NCBI GenBank assembly: GCA_964016885.1
Contig: OZ024764.1
Coordinates: 12,710,001-12,774,000, forward strand
Direction of reading: 5' to 3'
DNA from: Eledone cirrhosa
Taxonomy: Eukaryota
DNA length: 64,000 nt
The notes beneath the pieces are model-generated. The model ran no database searches. It had not been told where the DNA came from and saw only the letters and a program-made list of their open reading frames with translations. Numbering within the stretch: the stretch's first letter is position 1; every line of letters begins with the position of its first letter. Both the position numbers and the translations under genes were made by a program. This document shows, in pieces, positions 40,991 through 53,820 of this stretch.

Positions 40991-41925
40991 TAATTGTTTC
41001 TACTTTGGGCACAAGGCCAGCAATTACCCAGTGCATTACTGGTACTTTATTTTATCGACCCCCGTAAGGATGAAAGACAAAGTTAACCTCGGCGGGATTT
41101 GAACTCAGATCGTAAAGGGACGTAACTATGCTGGAAAGCATGGCGTCCGACCCTCTACCCATACTGCCAATCCACTGAGACGTGGTCACAACTGGAATTT
41201 CTGCAGATACACTGAGACGTGGTCACAACTGGAATTTCTGCAGATACACTGAGACGTGGTCACAACTGGAATTTCTTTGACTATAGGTCTACCAGATCTG
41301 GAGGCTAAATAACAACAACAACTATAGCCACTAATACTAACTAAAATACTGTACATTCGATAATGTAGTCCTAGATATACTGCGACTGACAGAATAATAA
41401 TTTGTTGGGATGGTCACAACTGGAATATCTTTCATCATAGGTCTGCTAGATCTGGACTGCCCAAAAGAGACTAAACAACAACAACTATAGCTACAAATAC
41501 CATTAAATAATGTACTCCTAGATACACTATGGCTGACAAAATAATTGTTTCTACGTTAGGCACAAGGCCAGCAATGACCCAGTGTATTACTGGTACTTTA
41601 TTTTATCGACCCCGTAAGGATGAAAGGCAAAGTTAACCTCGACGGAATTTGAACTCAGAAGGCAAAGGGCCATAACTCTATGCTGCAAAGCATGGTGTCC
41701 AATGCTCTACCAGTTTTGCCAATTCACTGCCCTAATAATTAATAATTGTTTCTAATTTTGGTACAAGGCCAGCAATTACCCAGTGTATTACTGGTACTTT
41801 ATTTTATCGACCCCCCGTAAGGATGAAAGGCAAAGTTAACCTCGGCGGGATTTGAACTCAGAATGGCAAGGGCCGTAACTCTATGCGTCAAAGCATGGCA
41901 TCCGACACTCTACCAATACTGCCAA
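40990..41925 (-). mobile_element. Three SINE family B copies (40990-41175, 41542-41735, 41740-41925)
   Basis: Family B matches in minus orientation. Confidence 0.8.
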
Positions 41926-42012
41926 TGACAAAATAATAACTCAATCATATGGCCATGGCTGGAACAAGGGCGAAAAGCTGAAACAAGAGAGAATGAACCA
42001 AGCATCACCTAC

Positions 42013-42263
42013 CTGACTGTATTTCACTTTGTCTTCCCGTTTAGTCGTGGAAGCAAAGAATGACGATAGCTTCTTTGTAGTGTAAACAAACGGCCTCTCT
42101 TTCACGTTGTAATATGACGGACCAGGGTTGCGTAGCAGGTCCCTACTAATCTCAGTCATGACCCGTGGGGCAGAGGAGCCAAATATCCCACGCCTCGTGC
42201 TCTCCAGATACGCCTTCTTCATGATATCGCGACCGAAGGTTTCAATGTTGTACGACCCGGGAC
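42013..42263 (-). CDS. STPG2: Internal coding exon C, STPG2-like: (G)PGSYNIETFGRDIMKKAYLESTRRGIFGSSAPR...NPGPSYYNV...FFASTTKREDKVKYSQ
   Basis: ctccctgcag|GT CCC GGG...CAG|gtaggt; 251 nt, phase 1-0; completes the Gly codon split from exon B across an 18.5 kb intron; two PGPxxY repeats. The gene symbol is by motif recognition only. Confidence 0.88.
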
Positions 42264-42309
42264 CTGCAGGGAGACAAATAGGGTGATTAATTATAAACAT
42301 TATTAATTA

Positions 42310-42905
42310 CTAGGTCGGTGGACTGGCAGAATCGGTAGAGCGTCAGACACCATGCTTTGCAGCATAGAGTTATGGCCCTTTACGTTCTAAATTAAAATCC
42401 CACTGAAGTTAGCTTTGCCTTTCATCCTTACAGGGTCAATAAAATAAAGTACCAGTAATGTACTGGGTTATTGCTGGCCTTGTGCCAAAAGTAGAAACAT
42501 TAATAATTACTAGGGCAGTGGATTGGCAGTATCGGTAGAGGGTCGGACGCCATGCTTTGAAGCATAGAGTTACCTCCCTTTACGATCTGAGTTCAAATCC
42601 CGCCGAGGTTAACTTTGCCTTTCATCCTTACGGGGTCAATAAAATAAAGTACCAGTAATACACTGGGTAATTGCTGGCCTTGTACCAAAAGTAGAAACAA
42701 TTATTAATTATTAGGGCAGTGAATTGGCAAAATTGGTAGAGCATTGGACGCCATGCTTTGCAGCATAGAGTTATGGCCCTTTGCATTCTGAGTTCAAATT
42801 CTGTCGAGGTTAACTTTGCCTTTCATCCTTACGGGGTCAATAAAATAAAGTACCAGTAATGCACTGGGTAATTGCTGGCCTTGTGCCAAAAGTAGAAACA
42901 ATTAT
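42310..42905 (+). mobile_element. Three tandem SINE family B copies
   Basis: Family B matches in plus orientation, ~200 bp period. Confidence 0.85.
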
Positions 42906-42954
42906 TAATTACTAGATTGCTTTAATAATTATTTCATTTCCTACGGAAATACTT

Positions 42955-42987
<33 letters not shown>

Positions 42988-42989
<2 letters not shown>

Positions 42990-43374
42990 AAGGCGGGTAA
43001 AATTCCCGAGATCCATGGACGAGTTCTCTCCAGCGGTCTCTGTCCCGCATTATCGCTGCCATGTCCTGCGTCTCCAACAGACCAGTGTCTGACCTTAGGG
43101 CATCAACATACGTCAACCTTGGTCTTCCTCTTCCAGTGTGTCCATGTAGGGGCTCCCAAAGGAGCACTGGGTCTGAGACTTGGACACTGACCAAGAAACT
43201 CACTCAGATGGTGTATGGGTGCTACACGAGAATGCTGAGGATGGCTCTGAACATTAATCAGTATACACTGAGGATGAAGAACTGAGAGCTGTATGGGAGC
43301 CTCCCAAAAGTCAGCTCAAAAGTGATACAGAGGAGACTGAGGTTAGCTGGACATGCTCACCGACATCCAGAGTT

Positions 43375-43378
<4 letters not shown>
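42988..43378. mobile_element. RTE-clade LINE with 5' inversion
   Basis: Minus 42988-43167 encodes VLLWEPLHGHTGRGRPRLTYVD...; plus 43172-43378 encodes SETWTLTKK...RRLRLAGHAHRHPEL; (TA)n on both sides. Confidence 0.8.
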
Positions 43379-43437
<59 letters not shown>

Positions 43438-43450
43438 CTATATATATATG

Positions 43451-43645
43451 TAACGAAGGAATTGTGGTAAGGAACCAGATGGACCATAACGCACCAGAGT
43501 ACTCAATACTTAGGGTAGTAGAGTGGGTAATAGGAAAAAGTATGACCCCCAACGGCAGAGCTCAAGCCGTTTCGACGGTCATTTCTAGACTTAGAAATAG
43601 CCGCCGAAACGGCTTGAGCTCTGCCGTCGGGGTCATACTTTTTCC

Positions 43646-43648
<3 letters not shown>
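43451..43648. mobile_element. Hairpin-plus-tail element, family H
   Basis: ~80 bp tail then a ~120 bp palindrome taggaaaaagtatgacccc.../...ggggtcatactttttccta; (TA)n flanks. Confidence 0.65.
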
Positions 43649-43677
<29 letters not shown>

Positions 43678-43853
43678 TATGTATTTATATATATATGTGT
43701 ATGTGTGTGCATATATATATATATGTATGTATATTTTTCTGTATACTTCATATAAGAGTGATCTCTCCTTGATCCATGATAGAGTACATAAAAAAGCCTA
43801 ACACTATAATTAAAAAGTGACATATATTTTACTGTAATTGAACTTAAAATTAA

Positions 43854-43893
<40 letters not shown>

Positions 43894-43993
43894 CACATCT
43901 CTCTCTCTCTATATATATATATATATACACATCTCTCTCTCTATATATATATATACAATTGTATATATGTGTATATATGTGTATACAATTGTA

Positions 43994-44025
<32 letters not shown>

Positions 44026-44079
44026 GGAAAAAGTATGACCCCGACAGTTGGACACACACACATATATATATACACGCAT

Positions 44080-44140
<61 letters not shown>

Positions 44141-44215
44141 AATATAACGGCAATGAATTAGTTTTGCGAGGTTTTTTATATGAATATATATATAAATATA
44201 TATATATATTCATAA

Positions 44216-44316
<101 letters not shown>

Positions 44317-44617
44317 TGTACATATATATATACATAAATATATATATATGTATCATCATCATCATCATTTTACAATATGTATATACATAAATATACATAT
44401 ATAATCATATACATAAATATATATATACATATATTATTACATATATATATATAAATATATATATATACATAAATATACACACATATATATACATACATAT
44501 ATATATATAGCAAGACTATAAACATTTCCATTGATATGCAAAAGAGGACCGTTCTAATTAGATGGACTTATTAAATAAACGAGGGACAACAACAACAACT
44601 GTCTAAATCAGAGCTCT

Positions 44618-44633
44618 TCAATAGATGGCGCTG
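44618..44633 (+). promoter_or_regulatory. Candidate CTCF-like site TCAATAGATGGCGCTG
   Basis: Matches the AGATGGCGC core of the CTCF consensus and lies in a non-repetitive island; 5' part imperfect. Confidence 0.35.
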
Positions 44634-44689
44634 TCGTCAATCACCTGAGACAAGTCTGCCTCCACCATTATTGCAAACATATCCTCCAC

Positions 44690-47340
44690 CTTCCTCCCTT
44701 CTCTTGCTTGTATCTTATTCACTCTCCTTCTTATCTCTTCTTCTTGTCCTCCTTCTTCTCTCTTCTTGTCCTTCTTCTTATCTCTTCTTGTTGTCCTCTT
44801 TCTTCTCTCTTCTTGTTCTCCTTCTTCTTGTTCTCCTTCTTCTTGTTCTCCTTCTTCTTGTTCTCCTTCTTATCTCTTCTTGTTCTCCTTCTTCTTATAT
44901 CTTCTTCTTGTTCTCTTTCTTCTTATATCTTCTTCTTGTTCTCCTTCTTCTTATATCTTCTTGTTCTCCTTCTTCTTATATCTTCTTGTTCTCCTTCTTC
45001 TTGTTCTCCTTCTTATCTCTTCTTGTTCTCCTTCTTCTTATATCTTCTTCTTGTTCTCCTTCTTCTTATATCTTCTTCTTGTTCTCTTTCTTCTTATCTC
45101 TTCTTCTTGTTCTCCTCCTTCTTATATCTTCTTGTTCTCCTTCTTCTTGTTCTCCTTCTTGTTCTTCTTTTTGTTCTCCTTCTTATCTCTTCTTGCTCTC
45201 CTTCTTCTTATATCTTCTTGTTCTCCTTCTTCTTATATCTTCTTCTTGTTCTCTTTCTTCTTATATCTTCTTCTTGTTCTCCTTCTTATCTCTTCTTGTT
45301 GTTCTCCTTCTTCTTATATCTTCTTGTTCTCCTTCTTGTTCTTCTTCTTGTTCTCCTTCTTATCTCTTCTTGCTCTCCTTCTTCTTATATCTTCTTCTTG
45401 TTCTCCTTCTTCTTATATCTTCTTCTTGTTCTCTTTCTTCTTATATCTTCTTCTTGTTCTCCTTCTTATCTCTTCTTGTTGTTCTCCTTCTTCTTATATC
45501 TTCTTATTCTCCTTCTTCTTATATCTTCTTCTTGTTCTCTTTCTTCTTATATCTTCTTCTTGTTCTCCTTCTTATCTCTTCTTGTTGTTCTCCTTCTTCT
45601 TATATCTTCTTGTTCTCCTCCTTCTTATATCTTCTTCTTGTTCTCCTTCTTATCTCTTCTTGTTGTTCTCCTTCTTCTTATATCTTCTTGTTCTCCTTCT
45701 TGTTCTTCTTCTTGTTCTCCTTTTTGTTCTCCTTCTTATCTCTTCTTGCTCTCCTTCTTCTTATATCTTCTTCTTGTTCTCCTTCTTCTTATATCTTCTT
45801 CTTGTTCTCTTTCTTCTTATATCTTCTTCTTGTTCTCCTTCTTATCTCTTCTTGTTGTTCTCCTTCTTCTTATATCTTCTTGTTCTCCTTCTTCTTGTTC
45901 TCCTTCTTATCTCTTCTTGCTCTCCTTCTTCTTATATCTTCTTCTTGTTCTCCTTCTTCTTATATCTTCTTGTTCTCCTTCTTCTTATATCTTCTTCTTG
46001 TTCTCTTTCTTCTTATATCTTCTTCTTGTTCTCCTTCTTATCTCTTCTTGTTGTTCTCCTTCTTCTTATATCTTCTTGTTCTCCTTCTTCTTGTTCTTCT
46101 TGTTCTTCTTCTTGTTCTCCTTCTTATCTCTTCTTGCTCTCCTTCTTCTTGTTCTCCTTCTTATATCTTCTTGTTCTCCTTCTTCTTATATCTTCTTCTT
46201 GTTCTCCTTCTTATCTCTTCTTCTTGTTCTCCTTCTTATCTCTTCTTCTTGTTCTCCTTCTTATATCTTCTTTTTGTTCTCCTTCTTCTTATCTCTTCTT
46301 CTTGTTCTCCTTCTTCTTATATCTTCTTGTTCTCCTTCTTCTTATATCTTCTTCTTGTTCTCCTTCTTATATCTTCTTCTTGTTCTCCTTCTTCTTATAT
46401 CTTCTTGTTCTCCTCCTTCTTATATCTTCTTCTTGTTCTCCTTCTTATCTCTTCTTGTTGTTCTCCTTCTTCTTATATCTTCTTGTTCTCCTTCTTCTTG
46501 TTCTCCTTCTTGTTCTCCTTCTTATCTCTTCTTGCTCTCCTTCTTCTTATATCTTCTTCTTGTTCTCCTTCTTCTTATATCTTCTTGTTCTCCTTCTTCT
46601 TATATCTTCTTCTTGTTCTCCTTCTTATCTCTTCTTCTTGTTCTCCTTCTTATATCTTCTTTTTGTTCTCCTTCTTCTTATCTCTTCTTCTTGTTCTACT
46701 TCTTCTTATATCTTCTTGTTCTCCTTCTTCTTATATCTTCTTCTTGTTCTCCTTCTTATCTCTTCTTCTTGTTCTCCTTCTTCTTATATCTTATCTCTTC
46801 TTCTTGTTCTCCTTCTTCTTATATCTTCTTCTTGTTCTTCTTCTTATCTCTTCTTCTTGTTCTCCTTCTTTTCTCTTCTTCTTGTTCTCCTTATATCTTC
46901 TTCTTGTTCTCTTTCTTCTTATCTCTTCTTCTTGTTCTCCTTCTTCTTATATCTTCTTCTTGTTCTCCTTCTTCTTATCTCTTCTTCTTGTTCTCCTTCT
47001 TCTTATACCTTCTTCTTGTTCTTCTTCTTATCTCTTCTTCTTGTTCTCCTTCTTCTTATATCTTCTTCTTGTTCTTCTTCTTATCTCTTCTTCTTGTTCT
47101 CCTTCTTCTTTTCTCTTCTTCTTGTTCTCCTTCTTCTTATCTCTTCTTCTTGTTCTCCTTCTTCTTATATCTTCTTCTTGTTCTTCTTCTTGTTCTCCTT
47201 CTTCTTTTCTCTTCTTCTTGTTCTCCTTCTTCTTTTCTCTTCTTTTTTTCCTTATATCTTCTTCTTGTTCTCCTTCTTATATCTTCTTGTTCTCCTTCTT
47301 CTTCTTCAGTCTTCTTATTATTCTTTTTCTTCTTCTTCAG
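44690..47340. repeat. 2.6 kb pyrimidine-rich (CTT)-derived minisatellite
   Basis: Units cttcttgttctc and cttcttatat; the three plus frames are open only because they lack stop codons. Confidence 0.95.
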
Positions 47341-47465
47341 TTTTCCTTATTATTATTGCTGTTCTTGTTGTTAGTTGTGTATTTATACATGCATAAACAC
47401 ACACATACATATACATATGTACATGCACAATGCACGTGTATGTGTGTGTTTACATTTACACACAT

Positions 47466-47502
<37 letters not shown>

Positions 47503-49208
47503 TGCATGCATATATATACACACACACACATATATATTTATATATATATTTATATTTATATATATATATATATATATGCGCACACACGCACAAACTCATT
47601 CAGACACACACACACACACACACATGCTCATTCAGACACACACACATATATATATATATATATAAATATACATACATATCTATACATATGTGTACATATG
47701 TAAGTATGTATTTACATGGCATTGATTGAGTGACCGAATGTGCATACAAGTGTGTGTATGTGTGTGTGTGTGTGAGTGTGTGACTGTGTGTGTGTGTGTG
47801 TGTGTATGAGTGTGTGACTGTGTGTGTGTGTGTGTGTGTGTGTGTAGTTTATACATCTGTCAGGTGTCAGACTATAAACCACACACCCCCTCCCTCCCCT
47901 CTCCACCCCTCGCCCTTTGTAATGGAGTGTTTGAAGGAGAAAGAGACTAGCTAAGATGTTGACGGTGATGATGATGGTGAAGGTGGTGTGATGATGATGA
48001 TGATGGGGGTGGTGATGAAGATGGCGATGGTGATGGTGGTGTCAGTGGTGGTTGTGGTGTGGGGGGGTGTTGGCGGTGGTTGTGGTGTGGGGGGGGGGGT
48101 GATGGGGGGGTGATGGTGGTGGTGGTGGTGGTGGTGGTGATGAAGATGGTGGTGGTGTCGGTGGTAATGAAGATGGTGGTGGTGATGGTGGTGGTGGTGT
48201 TGGTGGTCGTGTGGGGCTGGTGTTGGTGATGGTGGTGATGATGATGATGGTGGTGGTGGTGGTGATGGTGGTGTTGGTGGTGGTGTATTGGTGGTGGTGA
48301 TGAAGATGGTGGTGGTGGTGATGGTGGTGGTGGTGATGGTGGCGTTGGTGGTGGTATGAAGGTGAAGGAAGAGAAGAAGGACAACAACAATCACAGCACC
48401 ACCACTACCACCACAACAACAATAACACCACCACCACCACCACCAGCAACAACCACAACACCAACACCACCCACACCACCACCACCACCACCACCAGCAA
48501 CAACCACAACACCAACACCACCCACACCACCACCACCACCACCACCACCACCACCACCAATAATACCACCACCACCACCAGCAACAACCACAACACCAAC
48601 ACCACCCACACCACCACCACCACCAGCAACACCATCAATAACACCACCAGCAACAACCACAACACCAACACCACCACCACCACCACCACCACCACCACCA
48701 CAAATAACACCACCCACAACACCACCACCACCACCAACAACACAGTCCAGAAAAATTCAACAGTGTGTAACAGACATTGATAGATAGATTCGGGTGGTGG
48801 TTTGGCGCTGAGCGGGGTGGAGCGGGCACGAGGAGGACGAGAGAGGGGGAGAATAGAACAGCCTCGGCCCACCCTCCTCTACCACCGACACACCTTCCAC
48901 CACTGGTCCTCCCCCTCCACATGGCCATCACCACACCACCACAGCCATTAATGAAGAAGCTGTCAGGATGTTGACTTTGACACTAGCACTAATTATATTT
49001 CATCGTTAACTTTTAGCATGCTTTTTTTTTAATTGTTTTGTTTTTTTTGTGAAAATGTATTTTGTGTATATATATATATATATATATGTATGTATAATAT
49101 TTTTTATATATATATATGTATATATAATATTTTTTTTTAATGAATAAATTTATACGCATGTTTATTTGAATGTGTGTAGATACATATGTGTGTATGTCTC
49201 TCTCTCCT

Positions 49209-49245
<37 letters not shown>

Positions 49246-49412
49246 GTATATATACATATATATGTATATATATATATTTATAAATACATATATATATATA
49301 TATATATGCACATGCACATTTATGTATACAATACCTATAAATAAATGTATGCATACACACATTTAAGTACATTTATATATATATACACACACACACATGC
49401 ATGCATATATAT

Positions 49413-49446
<34 letters not shown>

Positions 49447-49513
49447 TTATATATATATATATATATATGTATGTATATATATATTTATAAGGAGAGAGAG
49501 ACATACACACATA

Positions 49514-49845
49514 TGGAGGCACATGGCTTAGTGGTTAGAGCATTGGCCTTGCAATCGAAAGGTTGTGGGTTCAATTCTCAGACCGGGTGATGTGTTGTTT
49601 CCTTGAGCAAGACACTTTATTTCACATTGCTCCAGTTTACTCAGCTGTAGAAATGAGATGAGAGGGACTGGGGTCCCTATCATTCCACTGCAAAGTGGTC
49701 GTGCAGGTGCCACGGCAAAAAAGCACCCAGCACTCACTGTAAATGAGGTTGGTGTTAGGAAGGGCATCCAGCTGTAGAAATCAAGCCAGAATTAGTTCCC
49801 GTCCCACCCTTGCAAGCAGGGAAAAGTGGAAGTAAAATGAAATGA
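49514..49845 (+). mobile_element. SINE family A, full length
   Basis: ggaggcacatggcttagtggttagagc head through the tail. Confidence 0.85.
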
Positions 49846-50011
49846 AAAATATATATATATATGACCAAAGATTAGTATAGTTCATTGATTACTCAACGAA
49901 TACAATTTTACAATAGATTAGAAGCACTCAACAGCAGATTTTCCTGGAGTATTTAATATTATTCAAAATGTTAATAAATGAAAAATATTCTATATATATA
50001 TATATAGAGAG

Positions 50012-50335
50012 AGAGAATGTGTTGAGAGAGAAACTGTGTCTGAGAGGGATAGAATGTAGTGTGCGAGAGAGGAGACTGCAGTGGTATGGACATGTGATGC
50101 GCATGGAGGATGACCGATGGGGGAAGAAGTGCCAGGAAATGCCAGTTGAAGGAAGACGTGGTAGAGGTAGACCACGAAAAAACATGGACGGAGGTGGTGA
50201 GAACAGACCTCAGATCGCTGAAGCTCACGGTGGAGATGACGAAGGACCGTGACAAGTGGAGAGATGGTGTGCTGAATAAGACCCGTCCCACCCTTGCAAG
50301 CAGGGAAAAGCGGACGTAAAATGATGATGATGATA
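50012..50335 (+). mobile_element. RTE-clade LINE 3' end (likely partner of SINE family A)
   Basis: RERRLQWYGHVMRME...GRGRPRK, frameshift, ...KTRPTLASREKRT* then (gat)n. Confidence 0.85.
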
Positions 50336-50415
50336 TATATATATAATATATATATATATATATTTAATATTATTGAAAATATTAATAAATCAGAAATATT
50401 CTCATAATCAAAATA

Positions 50416-50482
50416 TATATTTTATTATACATATTTCAAAGGTACAATGGTGTTTAAGTACGTTTTCATCAGACAAAATATA
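50416..50482 (-). ncRNA. Type I hammerhead ribozyme, mirror copy
   Basis: Left arm of palindrome 50361-50675; stem II aaacgtac/gtaccttt. Confidence 0.73.
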
Positions 50483-50553
50483 AGATTTGATATGCAACTG
50501 CCACTACTGGAATTGAATAATCAAAACCGTAGTGGCAGTCGTATATCAAATCT

Positions 50554-50620
50554 TATATTTTGTCTGATGAAAACGTTCTTAAACACCATTGTACCTTTGA
50601 AATATGTATAATAAAATATA
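50554..50620 (+). ncRNA. Type I hammerhead ribozyme
   Basis: tatattttgt-CUGAUGA(50564-70)-aaacgttc...gtaccttt-GAAA(50599-602)-U AUGU A-UA-ataaaatata. Confidence 0.75.
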
Positions 50621-50760
50621 TATTTTGATTATGAGAATATTTTTCATTTATTAATATTTTGAATAATATTAAATACTCCAGGAAAATCCACTGTCGAGTG
50701 CTTCTAATCTATTGTAAAATTGTATTCGTTGAGTAATCAACAAACTATACTAATTTTTGG

Positions 50761-50809
<49 letters not shown>

Positions 50810-50810
<1 letters not shown>

Positions 50811-51110
50811 CAAGAGACTTTATTTCACATTGCTCCAGTTTACTCAGCTGTAGAAATGAGATGATAGGGACTGGGGTCCCTATCATTCCACTGCAAAGTG
50901 GTCGTGGAGGTGCCACGGCAAAAAAGCACCCAGCCCACACTGCAAAGTGGTCGTGGAGGTGCCACGGCAAAAAAAGCACCCAGCACTCACTGTAAATGAG
51001 GTTGGTGTTAGGAAGGGCATCCAGCTGTAGAAATCAAGCCAGAATCAGTTCCCGTCCCACCCTTGCAAGCAGGGAAAAGCGGACGTAAAATGAAATGATG
51101 ATGATGATGA
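50810..51110 (+). mobile_element. SINE family A, 5' truncated
   Basis: Centre and tail with a ~50 bp internal duplication. Confidence 0.8.
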
Positions 51111-51274
51111 TATACACAGTTGAAGAGTAACCAATCTTAAAGAGAGAGATGGAGATAGGAGAGGAGAGATTTGGTGAATTATTCTCTACATTCCTTACAT
51201 CAAACTAAAATATGTTGACAATCTTTTAATAATGTCTTCCTTGTGAAATTTGTGGTCTTGTTTTGCTTAACTAA

Positions 51275-51324
<50 letters not shown>

Positions 51325-51339
51325 CAATCAATTGACTTT

Positions 51340-51535
51340 CGCCAAATCGGACCGAGGAAACAATGTTTCCATGGGTCTTTCCAGTTGCTAGTACTATCTA
51401 TCGGTCACAACTCCAGGTAGAAGGAGCAACGTGAACTAGAAATAAAGTGTCTTGCTCAAGGACATAACGCATCGCCCGGTCCAGGAATCAAACTCACAAC
51501 CTCACGATTGAGAATCCAGTTCTCTAACCACTAGC
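51340..51535 (-). mobile_element. Related tRNA-derived SINE; monomeric relative of the 78-bp array
   Basis: Head gctagtggttagagaactgg..gagtttgattcc on the minus strand; body caaatcggacc..ggaaacaatgtttcca. Confidence 0.65.
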
Positions 51536-52087
51536 GAACGAATGATGGACTAAATCAAAGTGGTGCTCCAGCATGGCCACAGTCAAATGACTGGATCCAG
51601 GGAAATATAAATTCCTTATTGCTGACATTAACAAAGTCATCAGGCAGAGTGGAGGTGATTTACCATTGGCACCACCACCACCACCACCACTAACAACATA
51701 CCACCACTACCACCACACACCAACACCACCACACTCACCACCACTAACAACATACCACCACCACTACCACCACACACCGACACCACCAGCACATCCCCCA
51801 AACACCTACACCACCACCACCACAATGATATTATCAATACCACCATCAACATTGTTTTCACCTGTAGACCAGCCATCTCACAAACACCTGTACCTCGTTA
51901 AAGGTAGCTAATTTAGAAAATGTCCTCAACCCACCCTCCTCTTCTGCAGTAAAATGTGCCAGTTTGCCAGTCCCAAGGGCATTTCTTTTCATGTGTGAAT
52001 ATGTATGTGTATGTGTTTGTATATATGTGTGTGTTTGTATATATGTGTGTGTGTGCGTTGGTAGAATAGCAGTTATACATGTGTGCG

Positions 52088-52123
<36 letters not shown>

Positions 52124-52244
52124 AACACACACACATATATATATACATACGCAAACACATATATATATATATATATATATATGCACAAACACACACATAT
52201 ATATATACATACGCAAACACATATATATATATATATACACACAA

Positions 52245-52287
<43 letters not shown>

Positions 52288-52288
52288 A

Positions 52289-52337
<49 letters not shown>

Positions 52338-52656
52338 AACACACACACATATATATATACACACATATACAGGGTGGGGATGGCTAAATGATAAATGTGT
52401 ATATAAGGAAGCAGGTACAATAGTAATATAGTTTATATACATGTGTATATATATATATATACCAATGTGTATATACCAACCATTTTACAGGGTCTACTGG
52501 GTGCATTTCATCGTGGCCCCACCACTAGGGAGGTTGTCATGCCCTTGACACATCTAAAGAGTCTCCGCGCCCCTTAGTTTGACGAGTTTTCTACAGCTGG
52601 ATGCCCTTCGTAATGCCAATCATAGACACAACCTATTTGTCTATTTGTTAGGGAAG

Positions 52657-53335
52657 TGTGGTGTGGTGGAGGCCTAGAGAGGTGTGTTGTAGTGTGGTGT
52701 GGTGTGGTGTGGTGGAGGCCTAGATAGGTGTAGTGTAGTGTAGTGTTGTGTGGTGTGGTGTGGTGTGGTGTGGTGTGGTGGAGGCCTAGATAGGTGTAGT
52801 GTAGTGTAGTGTAGTGTGGTGTGGTGTGGTGTGGTGTGGTGGAGGCCTAGAGAGGTGTGTTGTAGTGTGGTGTGGTGTGGTGTGGTGGAGGCCTAGATAG
52901 GTGTAGTGTAGTGTAGTGTGGTGTGGTGTGGTGTGGTGTGGTGGAGGCCTAGATAGGTGTAGTGTAGTGTGGTGTGGTGTAGTGTGGTGTGGTGGAGGCC
53001 TAGATAGGTGTGTTGTAGTGCAGTGTAGTGTGGTGTGGTGTGGTGGAGGCCTAGATAGGTGTGTTGTAGTGTGGTGTGGTGGAGGCCTAGATAGGTGTGT
53101 TGTAGTGTAGTGTGGTGGAGGCCTAGATAGGTGTGTTGTAGTGCAGTGTAGTGCGGTGCGGTGTGGTGTAGTGATGGCTTAGATAGATGTGTTCTAAGGC
53201 AGTGTGGTGTGGTGTAACATAGTGAAGTGTGCTGTAGTATAGTGGAGGACAAGTTTCGTGAAGTGGCCTAAATAGATGTGTTGTAGTGCAGTGCGGTGCG
53301 GTGTGGTGTAGTGTGGTGCGGTGTGGTGTAGTGTA
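52657..53335. repeat. (GTGTG/GTGTA)n with repeated ggaggcctagataggtgt
   Basis: Direct reading. Confidence 0.9.
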
Positions 53336-53439
53336 AAGAAGGTCAAGTACGGTAGAGTGTCCTATAGAGGTGTGGTGGGGTCTGACTCGATAAACACAGA
53401 ATATCTTTTATATATATATATATATTTAGAAACATACAT

Positions 53440-53472
<33 letters not shown>

Positions 53473-53523
53473 CCCACACATATACATACATATATACACA
53501 TATATATATATACATATGCATAC

Positions 53524-53582
<59 letters not shown>

Positions 53583-53643
53583 CATACAGAGACAAACATA
53601 TATATATATATATATATATATATGCATACACACACAAACATAT

Positions 53644-53690
<47 letters not shown>

Positions 53691-53708
53691 CATACATACA
53701 TACATACA

Positions 53709-53742
<34 letters not shown>

Positions 53743-53781
53743 TACACACACAAACATATATACATATATATATACATATTT

Positions 53782-53820
<39 letters not shown>

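Larger units (their letters stand above)
49861..50764. mobile_element. Fold-back hammerhead element 3, left tail separated by an RTE fragment
   Basis: Arms 50361-50507/50529-50675; the region 50631-50764 has an inverted copy at 49861-49991. Confidence 0.6.

Noticed and set aside
44671-47703. 1010, 888 and 876-aa hydrophobic ORFs
   Set aside because: CTT-derived repeat lacking stops in all plus frames; no domain or splice evidence.
51894-51943. Possible 50-nt extra exon (cag|aag...gag|gtacag) on the minus strand
   Set aside because: Would frameshift the exon B-C junction; weak donor; no PG motif.
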